A stretch of DNA of 60,788 bases from a virus (taxonomy: Duplodnaviria > Caudoviricetes), in the IMG/VR virus record IMGVR_UViG_3300037070_008166, positions 1 to 60,788 of that record, one strand, 5' to 3'. Each line of letters opens with the position of its first letter. The stretch's first letter is position 1. Of this stretch, positions 18,567 to 29,255 are shown piece after piece. The translations under genes were made by a program, and so were the position numbers. The notes beneath the pieces were generated by a model. The model saw nothing but the letters and a program-made list of their open reading frames with translations. It had not been told where the DNA came from and searched no databases.

Positions 18567-18932
18567 ATGAGTGAGACAAAGACGAACGTGACCGAGTTCA
18601 AGATCCTCTCCATCGACGATATCGAAGCGTCGGTCGACGTGGAATACGCGCTGGTTGATGGCTTCAAGCCAGGAGAGAAGTTCCGGATTCAGTCACTGAC
18701 TGCTGGCGACCTGATTGAGTGGTCGGAGGCGAACGAGGGCGAGGCGAAGCGCACGGCGGGTCTTCGTCTCATTGTGAAGAGCTTGGTGGACACGGATGGC
18801 AAGAGGATCGCCGGGGACAAGCACATCGAACTCTTCCGCAAGAAGTCACACAAGGTGACGGAGCGGATCGTGAAGGACATCCTCAAGTTGAACGACATGA
18901 AAGTGAAAGCGGGTGACGCAAAAAACGACTGA
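18567..18932 (+). CDS. tail assembly chaperone (gpG-like)
   Basis: Between tail tube and tape measure; ends GCA AAA AAC GAC TGA. Confidence 0.75.
   Translation: MSETKTNVTEFKILSIDDIEASVDVEYALVDGFKPGEKFRIQSLTAGDLIEWSEANEGEAKRTAGLRLIVKSLVDTDGKRIAGDKHIELFRKKSHKVTERIVKDILKLNDMKVKAGDAKND
18920..18926 (+). other. -1 programmed frameshift slippery site A AAA AAC
   Basis: X XXY YYZ heptamer at end of chaperone gene; the -1 frame is open from here to 19288. Confidence 0.8.
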
Positions 18933-19288
18933 AGCGAAGTCCGCGTCGTCTCTTCTTGTATCGGCTCGCCGTGAGTATGCGGAAGTGGAATGTGGACGCC
19001 CTCGGCCGCAGCCTCACGGCGAAGCAGTTCATGGGATGGGAAGCGTATGCTTCGCTGGAACCATTCGGGCAGGATCACTGGGATTCCCTGTTCGCGAGTA
19101 TCGTGCAGATGATTCATAACATGGCAGTCGATGTCAAACATCGTAAGCCGCTGGATGAATTCAGATTGCAATATAAGGAGGTCGAAGACAAACCAGTTCA
19201 GTCGCCGATCAAACAAACCTGGCAAGAGAAGAAAGCAATCGGCATGATCATCGCAGCTGCGTGGAACCAGAAGGGGAAGGATCTGTAA
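18920..19288 (+). CDS. tail assembly chaperone extension (gpGT-like, via -1 frameshift)
   Basis: -1 frame KRLKRSPRRLFLYRLAVSM...WEAYASLEPFG; ends immediately before the tape measure start. Confidence 0.75.
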   Translation, partial: KKRLKRSPRRLFLYRLAVSMRKWNVDALGRSLTAKQFMGWEAYASLEPFGQDHWDSLFASIVQMIHNMAVDVKHRKPLDEFRLQYKEVEDKPVQSPIKQTWQEKKAIGMIIAAAWNQKGKDL

Positions 19289-22200
19289 GTGGATATAGGC
19301 ACACTGACAGGCCATATCGTACTCGAAGATCAACTGTCCAGCGGAATGCAGCTGGCAGCCACGCAAGTTCGGAAATTCTCCCAAGAGTTTGATTTGGCGA
19401 TGGGCGTGACGATCACCGCCGCAGCCGGCGCGTTCGCAGCGGTTGGTACGATTACCACGGCCATCATTGCACTTGGGAACAAAGGTTCTGTCCTCAACGA
19501 TATTGAAGAGTCGTTTGATCGTCTCGCGAAAGCAGCTGGGTCCAGCGGCAAAGAACTGTTTGATGCCTTCAACGAAGGCGTCCAGGCCACTGTTGATTCC
19601 GCGAAAATCATGAAGTCGACGACAGTATTGTTGTCGAGCGGCATGAAACTGACCACGGATCAAGCGAAACTTCTGGCTCAATCGGCTCGGGAGTTGGGCA
19701 AGGCCACCGGCACGGACGCCGCGAGTGGCCTCCAGACTTTAAGTCAGGCGCTGGCTACCGGAAACACTCGAGCGATCCGTCGGCTTGGCATTACCATTGA
19801 CATGGTGCAGAAGGAGAAGGAATTCGCTGCATCGATTGGTAGAACTCGTGCCGAGCTGAGTCAGGCTGGCATCACGGAAGCACGACGAGTCGCGATCTTT
19901 GAAGCGTTAGAGAAGCGGATGCAGTCAACTGGCGTATCCGCACTCACCTTCAAAGAACGCATGCAACAGGCGACAGTCGCCGTTGGCAACTGGTTTGATG
20001 ACCTCGCGAAGGGTGTGGCTAAATCCACTGCCGTCAACAAGGCATTTGACGACGTGCGCAAAGCACTCGTTGACGCCTTCGGTGATTCCACGCAAACACT
20101 ACTCAAGACTATCCTTGGGTGGGTAGACGATTTCGCGACAGGAGTCAGTCGCGTCGCTCCTGTTGTCATCAAGATATTTGGCGATATCAAGGATGGTATT
20201 GTTGGTATCTGGAACTGGCTTGTTGATTTCAACGAGCGGTGGCAGATCACAAGCACACTTGTTTCCATTGCCAAGACTGCGTGGGGGTTGCTCGAGAAAG
20301 CATTTACTTTCGTACGTTTTGCTGTTGAAGCTGTTATCAAGGCGTGGTCATCCATGCCCGAGTGGCTCCAGAAGCTGACGAAGGGTGCTCTGGAAGCAAC
20401 GCTTGCCGCCACCGCCTATGGTGTGGCGATCTACGGCGTGACGATCCCCGCCAGAGCACTGATCGATGCAGTTGATCAAACGATCAACATCCTTGGTAAT
20501 TTCCTAAGTGGTCTTGCTGGCGGAGTCGTCATCTACGATAAGATTACGTCAGCGACAGTGCTGTTTACAAGAGCACAGAATTTCCTCACGGCATCCACAC
20601 TGGCCGCGCAGATCAACATCACGGCGTTGATTGCGAAGTTCGTCGGGCTAGATGCCGCAACGAAGTTCGTGACGGCGAGCACGGCATTATTTGGTACGGC
20701 ACTGAATGTTGCCCTCGGCGTTGTGTTGCCACTTGTTACTGCGATCGGTCTGTTGTACATGTCACTTGGGGAACTGAAGACCGCATTCAGTGAACTCGGG
20801 CAACACTCATTCTGGGAAACAATTTCAGCAACGAACACCGATAACTGGGTGCGCCGTCTCATCGGATGGGGTGACGAAGCGCAGCGCATGAAGAATCGAA
20901 CAGTTGATGCGTTCGATATGGTTGCCGATGCGCGGAAGCGTATGGATGCGGACTTGTCCGGAGCCACTCTCGCCAACGAGGTGGAAGAACTGCGTCTTGC
21001 ATGGCACCGAATGTCACCGACAATGCAGAAGTCGGCGGAGGCCATCAAGAATGTTGGCGAGCAGGCGCTCGCGCTACGCGAGCGAGGCGGGCGGCTCCAT
21101 CCCGAACTGAAACGTCTGGCTGATATTGCGGAAGCGGCTCGTCCAAAGATTGGTGGACTTGGTGCGAGCTTCATTAAAGCAAAGGACGACACGACTCGAT
21201 TCGCCGCGACACTCAGCGGATCGGCGCTGACGAAGCAGATCAAAGAGTTGGCAGAGGAAGTCGATCACGTTCGCAAGACAAAGGGTGATTTTGGGTTCAA
21301 CATTCCGAAGTTGATCGAGACTGCGAAGACGATCGAATCCCTGCGGCTCCAAGGTGGAAAGCTGCCGCCGGTTCTGCAACAGATTCGAGATCAGTTCTTT
21401 TTCATCCCTGATCTTGTGGCAGAAACTCGCGCGAGTATGTCACTGCTGTCCAGCCCACTCGCGCAGGTGACGAATCAACTGAAGACTGGCACGCTCGCGT
21501 GGTTCCAGTGGGTGACGGCGGTGTATGGTGCTATTGAAGCGAAGAAGCGATTCTTCAATACAATGCAAGCGCCGGACTTCTTGTTGCAGATGCCGAAGTT
21601 CCAACAGCCTCTGGAGAAGACCCTGAGTCTGGTAGACTGGGACGCGCTCGAAGCCAATTCGACCCTGACGCTCCAGCAGATTGCCAACCGCCACAAGGCG
21701 ACCTACGAGGAGATGACGAAGCACCCGGAGCGGTACTCCAGCGCCACAATCGCGGCATTCAAGCGGATCGCCAAGGAGGCTCAGGACACGGCAGATGGTG
21801 TGACAACCAACTGGCGGGCAGTTGGCGATAGCATGGTTTCCATGTTCGTGGCGATCGCCGACATCGCCGGTGATTCGATGAGTGCAGTCGCTCGGGCAAT
21901 CGGCACAGCGGCTGCGGCCGGCAAGGGTATGCGGGATTCCTTCGACGTCATGAAGGCGTCGTTGGCCGGTGGCAAGAAGGACTGGAAGAGTTTTGGAAAT
22001 GCGGCAGTCGGTGCAGCCGGTGCTGCGGTCCAAGCGTGGGGGAGCATCCAGGCCGCGACTGATACCCTGGACCGAAAGAAAAACATTGCTGGTGGCGCCA
22101 TGTCGGGAGCCGCTGCCGGTATGCAGATGGCTGGACCGTGGGGCGCACTCGTTGGTGCGGGCGTGGGTGCGCTCATCGGTGCGTTCCGCAACCGCGACGC

Positions 22201-23854
22201 GATGCGCGCCTACGACGAAGTGGCGCACGACATCGGTGTGCAGATTTCGGATGAGCTCGCGAAGACCATTCAGGACGAAGGCAACAAGCGTGGCGGCGGA
22301 CAGATGAACCGCTGGGCAACGGAAGTCCTGATGTTGGGTGAGATTATCGAAGATGTTGGGGGTGTGACTGAAAAGAATTTCGAAGGAATGGCGAAGCAGT
22401 TTTACCAGGCACAGATATTCCTCCATGAAGGCACCATCTCAGTTGAGGAATTCGAGACAATGGCTGGCAAGGCGTTCCCGGCGATTGCCTCGTACGCGCT
22501 CGAGATGGGTGGTCTCTGGAAGGGAACATTCCGTGACATGATCGACGAGATGGAGGACACGGGAACGGCCACGAAAGATCTCGCCGAACTCATGAAACGT
22601 GAGCTCTCGAAGCTTGGGCCGGCAACTGCAGCAGTTGCCAAGGGTCTGTCGTTCAAATTGGGCACTGCCTTCTCTGGGCTTGCTCCTGGGATTTCGGAAA
22701 CGGACGTCACATCGATCTCTGATAAGCTGACTTCCGGTGAACGACTCAGCCGTGATGAACAAGCGCGACTGGATCGCATCAAGAAAACGAATTCGCAGAT
22801 CGTCGCGAACTATCAGGAGTCGTTCGACCGCGTCAGTCGCATTACGTTCATGTCGTTCGCGGCTGAGCTCGCGCACGGGACGAGCACGGTGGAAGCCATT
22901 CGCCACCACAAGGATGCCATTGGTGAACTGATCGCGGCGTCGGATCGTTATGGCTTCGCGAACAATGCGGCCTACGAATCCCTCGCTCGGTGGAACAATC
23001 TCGTCGACTTCAACGCGCCACTTCTTGATCAGATGGGTGCGCTTGTTGATATTACCACTGTCCTTGAGAACACGGGAGGGTTGACCGCCGACACGTTCCA
23101 CGATTTACAGGTGGAAGCCGCGTCCACTGTAGATGCTTTGGAAGCAAATGGCTTCACAGCAGCGGAGGCCTTGTCCACAGCAATTCCATTCCTCGAGATG
23201 GCCATTGAGCTCCACGAAGAGCGTGGCTACGCGATCGATGCTGAGACGCAGGCCATGATTGATCAGGCCCGCGAGCAGGGCCTGCTGGCTGATAAGCAGC
23301 TCACGACGAACGACATCTTGATGCAAGGTCTCAAGGCGTTGATTGAAGCCGTTGGCGGTGTATTACCTGAGGCGTGGAAAACCGCAGCTGCTGGGGCAAG
23401 AACTGCGGCAGAAAATATCGAGCGGAGTTTCAATGGAATCGAGATCGACCCGGTTCGGGTAGACGTGGAGTACAACTACGGCACACCGAGCGGGCCGAAC
23501 GAGGGTGGCGGACCACAGTATGAGTCGGATGGCGGTGTGATCTATGCGGCACGTGGTCGACGCGTGCCGTTCGTGCCTCGTGGGTCTGATACCGTGCCGG
23601 CAATGCTCACACCGGGCGAGCGTGTGCTGTCTGTAGACCAGAACCGTGAATACGAACAGCGTTTGCGTGAAGGTGACCGACCGATCAAGTTGACTGTGCC
23701 GGTCTTCCTCGGGAATGATGTGATCAGTGAATACATCATTGAAACAACGTTGAAGAAATTGGAAAACAACGACGGTGGCGGTGCGCCTGTTGGACCGACC
23801 GATCGGATGGCGAAGGCATTGGCTGGACGGCTCTCTCAGTATCTGGCATCCTAA
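19289..23854 (+). CDS. tape measure protein
   Basis: 1521 aa Ala/Gly-rich helical protein with hydrophobic segments and C-terminal 'GSDTVPAMLTPGERVL' motif. Confidence 0.92.
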   Translation: MDIGTLTGHIVLEDQLSSGMQLAATQVRKFSQEFDLAMGVTITAAAGAFAAVGTITTAIIALGNKGSVLNDIEESFDRLAKAAGSSGKELFDAFNEGVQATVDSAKIMKSTTVLLSSGMKLTTDQAKLLAQSARELGKATGTDAASGLQTLSQALATGNTRAIRRLGITIDMVQKEKEFAASIGRTRAELSQAGITEARRVAIFEALEKRMQSTGVSALTFKERMQQATVAVGNWFDDLAKGVAKSTAVNKAFDDVRKALVDAFGDSTQTLLKTILGWVDDFATGVSRVAPVVIKIFGDIKDGIVGIWNWLVDFNERWQITSTLVSIAKTAWGLLEKAFTFVRFAVEAVIKAWSSMPEWLQKLTKGALEATLAATAYGVAIYGVTIPARALIDAVDQTINILGNFLSGLAGGVVIYDKITSATVLFTRAQNFLTASTLAAQINITALIAKFVGLDAATKFVTASTALFGTALNVALGVVLPLVTAIGLLYMSLGELKTAFSELGQHSFWETISATNTDNWVRRLIGWGDEAQRMKNRTVDAFDMVADARKRMDADLSGATLANEVEELRLAWHRMSPTMQKSAEAIKNVGEQALALRERGGRLHPELKRLADIAEAARPKIGGLGASFIKAKDDTTRFAATLSGSALTKQIKELAEEVDHVRKTKGDFGFNIPKLIETAKTIESLRLQGGKLPPVLQQIRDQFFFIPDLVAETRASMSLLSSPLAQVTNQLKTGTLAWFQWVTAVYGAIEAKKRFFNTMQAPDFLLQMPKFQQPLEKTLSLVDWDALEANSTLTLQQIANRHKATYEEMTKHPERYSSATIAAFKRIAKEAQDTADGVTTNWRAVGDSMVSMFVAIADIAGDSMSAVARAIGTAAAAGKGMRDSFDVMKASLAGGKKDWKSFGNAAVGAAGAAVQAWGSIQAATDTLDRKKNIAGGAMSGAAAGMQMAGPWGALVGAGVGALIGAFRNRDAMRAYDEVAHDIGVQISDELAKTIQDEGNKRGGGQMNRWATEVLMLGEIIEDVGGVTEKNFEGMAKQFYQAQIFLHEGTISVEEFETMAGKAFPAIASYALEMGGLWKGTFRDMIDEMEDTGTATKDLAELMKRELSKLGPATAAVAKGLSFKLGTAFSGLAPGISETDVTSISDKLTSGERLSRDEQARLDRIKKTNSQIVANYQESFDRVSRITFMSFAAELAHGTSTVEAIRHHKDAIGELIAASDRYGFANNAAYESLARWNNLVDFNAPLLDQMGALVDITTVLENTGGLTADTFHDLQVEAASTVDALEANGFTAAEALSTAIPFLEMAIELHEERGYAIDAETQAMIDQAREQGLLADKQLTTNDILMQGLKALIEAVGGVLPEAWKTAAAGARTAAENIERSFNGIEIDPVRVDVEYNYGTPSGPNEGGGPQYESDGGVIYAARGRRVPFVPRGSDTVPAMLTPGERVLSVDQNREYEQRLREGDRPIKLTVPVFLGNDVISEYIIETTLKKLENNDGGGAPVGPTDRMAKALAGRLSQYLAS

Positions 23855-24669
23855 TGGCACACGAACTCTACTTCGCATATCCAAGCGACAATCTGTTAGC
23901 GACCGCGTCGTCTATTACCCTGTCCACTGGGACGGAGCTCGACGCCCAGTACGAACTAGACAAGTTATTCGACGGCACGTGGTACAATCCGTTCAAGGCC
24001 GTAGAAGATACGATTGCCATTGATATGGAGTGGAGCTCGCCGGTGTCGCCGGCACTCGCGATTCTCGGTAATACGAACATCACAGTTGCCGCGACTCTTC
24101 TTGGCCACACGGACGCGACGTTCGGCAGTGGCTTCCCAGATATTACCATCACCTTTGGGGTGCCGTCGGTCGACCCGTTTGGTTTCTTCACGTCACCATT
24201 TCAGGTGCCGTCGGTTGCGGCAAAGGCGCATTGGCGTCTTGTGGTGTCGGCGAATGCCTATCCGGTTATCATCGGTGAGTTGGGCTTGTATGCATCAGCT
24301 TTGGGGTTGTCACGCGCCTACAATCTGTCGTCTGCGAAACGTCTGCTTGGTGGAACAGTGTATTATGAGACGCCCGCGAAGGTTGGGTTGGCATACGAAC
24401 AATCCACTGCAGTGCGTACGATCGATGGATTCTTTATCGTACAGACCGATGCCGAACTCGCGACCGTGGAACAGCTGGTGGCGAAGACTCGCTTCCGTGC
24501 ACGGCCATTCTTCTTAATCCCGCGGGCCTCTGTCGACGACGCATGGATGGTACGATTTACCCTGGATGAACTCCAGGTCGAGACGTATGGAAGCGGAGCA
24601 CAGCGAATTAACGCGCCGATCATGATGTGCGGGCGCGGTCTCGCCCACGTGGATCCGGATACGATCTGA
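23854..24669 (+). CDS. distal tail-like protein
   Basis: 271 aa beta-rich protein immediately after tape measure. Confidence 0.55.
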   Translation: MAHELYFAYPSDNLLATASSITLSTGTELDAQYELDKLFDGTWYNPFKAVEDTIAIDMEWSSPVSPALAILGNTNITVAATLLGHTDATFGSGFPDITITFGVPSVDPFGFFTSPFQVPSVAAKAHWRLVVSANAYPVIIGELGLYASALGLSRAYNLSSAKRLLGGTVYYETPAKVGLAYEQSTAVRTIDGFFIVQTDAELATVEQLVAKTRFRARPFFLIPRASVDDAWMVRFTLDELQVETYGSGAQRINAPIMMCGRGLAHVDPDTI

Positions 24670-27600
24670 TGCTGAGCCTCCTGGCCCTCGGCGATGGTTT
24701 GAAACGCGATTCGGCGATCGTATCCGGCGCAGCGGATCGTACGATCATGGTGTATTTTCGTTTGTCGTCCGTACCCACTGGCGGCGACTATCGGACTTAC
24801 ATGGCGTGGGTGAAGGATGCCGCGGGCGCGTACAACCAGTGGGACGGAGCCTACTCGTCGGCGGACACGAACGCATTTAGTGTTGGCTGGAACAATGGCA
24901 CGACAGGCAACGACGTTGCGCAGCCGTTCACGCCGTCACTGAACAGGTGGTATCAGCTTGTGGTTGCGCGGCGGTCGAGTCTGAACACGCATCGGTATTA
25001 TATCGACGGACGCGAGGTGGGGCTGCGCGTGCTCGATATGTCGGCGAGCACGCTGGACACGCTGCGCCTTGGTTTCGACGAGTATTCCAACGATGCTGGC
25101 ATGGATCTCGCTCGGTTCCGCGAGTGGTCGGCGCTGCTCACGCCGAACGAAATCAAAGATGAGATGGGACATGCGACTGCCGTTCGCACGGCGAATCTCA
25201 TCGCGGACTGTCCGCTGCTGTCTGACGCCCTGGACGTGTCTGGCAATGGAAATCACTTCACGGTCATGGGATCGCCGTCGTATTTCGCGACGCCGACGCT
25301 CGCGGTTCGCCCGTCTCCGTTCTACATTCGGCATTGGACTAACGGTATACCGACCGAGATCGACGACGCATACCTGTACGAGCGGACCGGTGAGCCAAGT
25401 GGCGGTGCAGATCCAATTGACGGAACGTATCCGGAAATCATCGCTGGCGAAGGCAAGATGACACTGACGGGGAGTGGCGGCCCGCACGGCGATGGGTTCT
25501 GGGACCTCGGGCTGGCGTTTCCAAGCGCGGATTATTCGACAGGTGGTTTTTGGACCGAGTTTGGCAGCGACTATCCGGGGTCAGAATTTCATGACCTGAC
25601 GAAAGGCCGTGCCGTGGTCTATTGGCGACCGATCACGCGGTTTTGGGAGGAGGTGATCCTGGGCGGCGTCACAGGTCCGTTGATGCACCTCTCGACGCGC
25701 GGTGGTTCGGTTCAGTCGGGAATTCAGCTGACATTTGATGCCGATGAGACTGGCGGCGTGCCAGATGACGTGATGGTGGATCTGCGCACGCATCGATGGA
25801 ATAACACGACGATTAGCAGCGTCGGCTCCGCGGCCGTCAGCATCGGCTCGCGTGCGGAGCTGGAAAATGAGTGGCAGAAGTTCGAAATCGAGTGGCAGTG
25901 CGGCACCGTGACTGCGGTGGCGGTTGATACCGGCACGGGCCACGAAGTGGAGACTATCGCGAACGGGGTTGGGTCAGTCACAGACGATGGCTGGATCCGG
26001 GTGTACCACAAGAACCTCGGCACCGGCGCGCCACGCACGTTGATCTATGATCTGACCGGACTCCGATTGTTGGTGTATCGCGGTACGGATGGCGCGGCGA
26101 GCTTCCTGGGCGCGCAGCCGATCAACTCACAGATGAGTTTCTGGTGCGGCTACTATGGGATGTTTGGGCAGTTGTCGCACGTCGAGTTCTATGACGATTT
26201 GAATGAGTCTGAAGACGTCGAGCCGGAGGAGGTAGACGAACATCCCTTCACGCTTCCAGATGCACAGGGTGGTCTTGTTGGTCCACTTGTCAAGGTGCGG
26301 ATCTACAATCCATATCTTGACACGGAGTATGTGGCATCGACCCAGTGGATTCAGGACCCAATCGATTATTGGGGCGGATTTGCGGAAGCAAGCTTGCTGC
26401 GTATCGACGACATGGTCTACGCCACGTCAGATCGTAGTGGCCCACCTCAAATCACGGCACTGAGTTTTGAAATGTCCGACGTGCCTGATGGAAATACAGC
26501 CACGCCTCGCATTCGCACCTGGCTTGGTCAGATCGGTGCCCGTCAGCTTCGTCGGTGTGAGATTTGGGTGCAGATGATCACGGATACAGGTCGTCGAGCA
26601 TTACTCGAGCCACTGACCGTGTTTCGTGGATACATCGAGGAATACGAGGGCCTGGACGACTTCCGTATGTCGTTCAGCTGCTTGTGTTGGATCAACCGTT
26701 TCAAAGACCGGCCCGTATTACCACACAAGATCGGTGATATCATCCCGGCAACGACAATACCGGAAGCGAGGGATCGACGAGTTCCACTGGCATTGGGGTC
26801 ACTTACGGATGAAGGTTCAGCAGAGGACCCACCTGTGTTCATTCAAGATGAGACAGGTCGTGGGTCAAACGGTGGCGCGTCTGGCTCGTCGTCGTTCAAC
26901 CCAGACGAACCTTTCAACACATTTGGAAATGTGATTGGGGCACCACCAGCACCTACCGGGCTGGCTATGGTTGAAGACTTTGGCGCAGGCACACTCCAGT
27001 TGGCTGGTCCAGACGGTCTTGCGCATGGCAGTGCCTGGCAGAACCAGTGGTGCTTTCAAGTCACGCGTATTCGCGCGGGAATGCCGCAGAGCGATCCGTT
27101 TCCATTTGATCCAGGTGATGAATTTCTCACACTGACAGCGAATGATTCGGCGATCACGGCCACGTGCGCGGATGATGGCGATCCTGGTGACATCTATCGG
27201 TTCTACATTGGCACGTCGCCCGTTGGCGGTGCGGGCGGTCGACCAACGATGACCCACTATATTGACACCACCGACCCAGTTACCGGCGTGCAGTTCACGG
27301 ATAAGGAGATGTCATCGGGCGGAGTGCTGGCAACGAACACGCGATACTGGTGTGCTGCGTTGTGGGTTGCTGATGATGGTCGAACGGAACCATCCATCAT
27401 TCACATCACGCTACCAATTCCGTTCATCATGAGCCCCGGCTATAATCGACCGATTCGGTTTGCGTTCGTGCCACCAAGTGTAGCGGTGACAAACGGCGAA
27501 TTCTACATCGCCACCTATCCAAACAAGGATCATTTGTTTCAGAAGTTCAACATCGACGTCACGAACCTGAACACCGACCTCAATGTGCTCTGGGAGTGGG

Positions 27601-29255
27601 ACCACGTAACGCCAGGCACGGCAGTGGAAGGCATCACACAGCCGGTTGGCGTGATTCCTCCCATTTATCTAGGACTTGGCGTGATCCCTGACAACGAGGG
27701 GTTTCTTGGTTGGGGCGCATTCCTTTTGTCTGGTCGGCCCTGCAAGGAGTTCATTTCATCGTACATCGTTGGAAGCGAGGTCTTTGGGACGGGCCGTCTC
27801 GACGAGGGTTTTTACAATACCCTGATCGCTGCTCCAGGGAAAGGACAGTGGAACACACGATTCGGTCCAGATGAATTTATCACGGTGAACATCGATGGCG
27901 AGGAACACCGCCTCTACATGATGTTCATCCTCAATTCCCCACTGCTCGATACAGTGGTTGGGGCTGACGCAGCAGGCAACGCAGTGACGCAGTCGGATTT
28001 TCGTGTGAACATCCGCGGGATGGACGACGCAAAAGATGGCAGCGGGGCCGTGATTACGTCTGGATACGAACAACTTCCAATCTTACTCCGACAATTGTTG
28101 ATCGCGGATACGCCATCGATGGCCGAACCATTTGACCAAGATCCGCAGTTTCGCGATGGCACGTCGAAGGTCGACGATTTTTCCTTCTCGCACGCGCAAG
28201 ACGACGCGGCAGTCGCAGTCCCATCTGGCCCAGCGGCGGCTCGATGGATCGCCACAGGCATTACGGTTCAGGAATTGCTTACGGAGTGGGCCGTATCCAT
28301 GCGGGCGCGAGTCTATACCGATGAGTTCGGCCAGTTCGGAGTGTGCGTGACCAACCCTAACGGTGACCCAGAATACGACATCGTTGAGGCGAAGGAAGTC
28401 ATCAAAAAGACATTTCGATTTCGCGACTCGATTCAAGGCTACGGACATCGTGTGCCGTTCCGCTACAACCCACGATACAGCCTAGATGGAAGTGAAGAAT
28501 TAGTCGACGCAGATGAAGTCAGCTCACCGAGTGCGATTACAGAATCTGATGAAGACATCACGCTCTCTGAACATCTTCTTTCTTGGCGACGAGGTCTCAG
28601 TACATCGCGACAGGTGGCTCGTTCGATACTTCGCGAGTCGGAACAGATGCCCCGTGATGTTAGTCTCGATTCTGTGCTCCACTTCCTCACGCGGGCACCT
28701 CTTGGTCGACGTGTTTCGATCACGCATTCCGAAGGTCCGCAAGCCGGGGGGTGGACAAATCAAATCGTTCAGGTTCTTGGAAAACGACTGAGTCCACAGG
28801 CACTCACCGTAGGACTTACATGCCTGGACCTACGGCGCCAGGTTGGCGAACTGACGTGGCTAGACTTTGAGGGATTTATGCCTACATCATGGGGTGGTGG
28901 GTCGCGTATCGATTCATTGCTGAACGACGGAACCTACGACGTATTTCCAAACTGGATCTACTTGACCTACGATTGGGACGCGATCCCGAGCACCCATGGT
29001 CTGCGTTTGAGGGCGACCCTGGCTACCGACGCCGGCACAGTGCGGGCGGCTGTGTATGCGTCGACCGACCTCGCCACAGTGGTCGCGCAGACGGCGACAC
29101 ATAACACCAGCACGTTGACGGAGGTCGCGGTGGTGGATATTCCAAGGCCAGTTGGGGACGGTGAAGTGCGATACATGATTCGTCCAATTCTTGCGGGTGG
29201 TGCCGTGATCGCTGACGCTCGAGGAATTGTTGCGATTGAGGGCTACGAACTGTGA
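24669..29255 (+). CDS. large tail tip/hub protein with N-terminal LamG/ConA-like domain
   Basis: ~1528 aa; 'NRWYQLVV....YYIDG', 'FREWSALLTPNEI' LamG pattern; hub-like C-terminal half; ATG at 24669 overlaps upstream stop. Confidence 0.7.
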   Translation: MLSLLALGDGLKRDSAIVSGAADRTIMVYFRLSSVPTGGDYRTYMAWVKDAAGAYNQWDGAYSSADTNAFSVGWNNGTTGNDVAQPFTPSLNRWYQLVVARRSSLNTHRYYIDGREVGLRVLDMSASTLDTLRLGFDEYSNDAGMDLARFREWSALLTPNEIKDEMGHATAVRTANLIADCPLLSDALDVSGNGNHFTVMGSPSYFATPTLAVRPSPFYIRHWTNGIPTEIDDAYLYERTGEPSGGADPIDGTYPEIIAGEGKMTLTGSGGPHGDGFWDLGLAFPSADYSTGGFWTEFGSDYPGSEFHDLTKGRAVVYWRPITRFWEEVILGGVTGPLMHLSTRGGSVQSGIQLTFDADETGGVPDDVMVDLRTHRWNNTTISSVGSAAVSIGSRAELENEWQKFEIEWQCGTVTAVAVDTGTGHEVETIANGVGSVTDDGWIRVYHKNLGTGAPRTLIYDLTGLRLLVYRGTDGAASFLGAQPINSQMSFWCGYYGMFGQLSHVEFYDDLNESEDVEPEEVDEHPFTLPDAQGGLVGPLVKVRIYNPYLDTEYVASTQWIQDPIDYWGGFAEASLLRIDDMVYATSDRSGPPQITALSFEMSDVPDGNTATPRIRTWLGQIGARQLRRCEIWVQMITDTGRRALLEPLTVFRGYIEEYEGLDDFRMSFSCLCWINRFKDRPVLPHKIGDIIPATTIPEARDRRVPLALGSLTDEGSAEDPPVFIQDETGRGSNGGASGSSSFNPDEPFNTFGNVIGAPPAPTGLAMVEDFGAGTLQLAGPDGLAHGSAWQNQWCFQVTRIRAGMPQSDPFPFDPGDEFLTLTANDSAITATCADDGDPGDIYRFYIGTSPVGGAGGRPTMTHYIDTTDPVTGVQFTDKEMSSGGVLATNTRYWCAALWVADDGRTEPSIIHITLPIPFIMSPGYNRPIRFAFVPPSVAVTNGEFYIATYPNKDHLFQKFNIDVTNLNTDLNVLWEWDHVTPGTAVEGITQPVGVIPPIYLGLGVIPDNEGFLGWGAFLLSGRPCKEFISSYIVGSEVFGTGRLDEGFYNTLIAAPGKGQWNTRFGPDEFITVNIDGEEHRLYMMFILNSPLLDTVVGADAAGNAVTQSDFRVNIRGMDDAKDGSGAVITSGYEQLPILLRQLLIADTPSMAEPFDQDPQFRDGTSKVDDFSFSHAQDDAAVAVPSGPAAARWIATGITVQELLTEWAVSMRARVYTDEFGQFGVCVTNPNGDPEYDIVEAKEVIKKTFRFRDSIQGYGHRVPFRYNPRYSLDGSEELVDADEVSSPSAITESDEDITLSEHLLSWRRGLSTSRQVARSILRESEQMPRDVSLDSVLHFLTRAPLGRRVSITHSEGPQAGGWTNQIVQVLGKRLSPQALTVGLTCLDLRRQVGELTWLDFEGFMPTSWGGGSRIDSLLNDGTYDVFPNWIYLTYDWDAIPSTHGLRLRATLATDAGTVRAAVYASTDLATVVAQTATHNTSTLTEVAVVDIPRPVGDGEVRYMIRPILAGGAVIADARGIVAIEGYEL

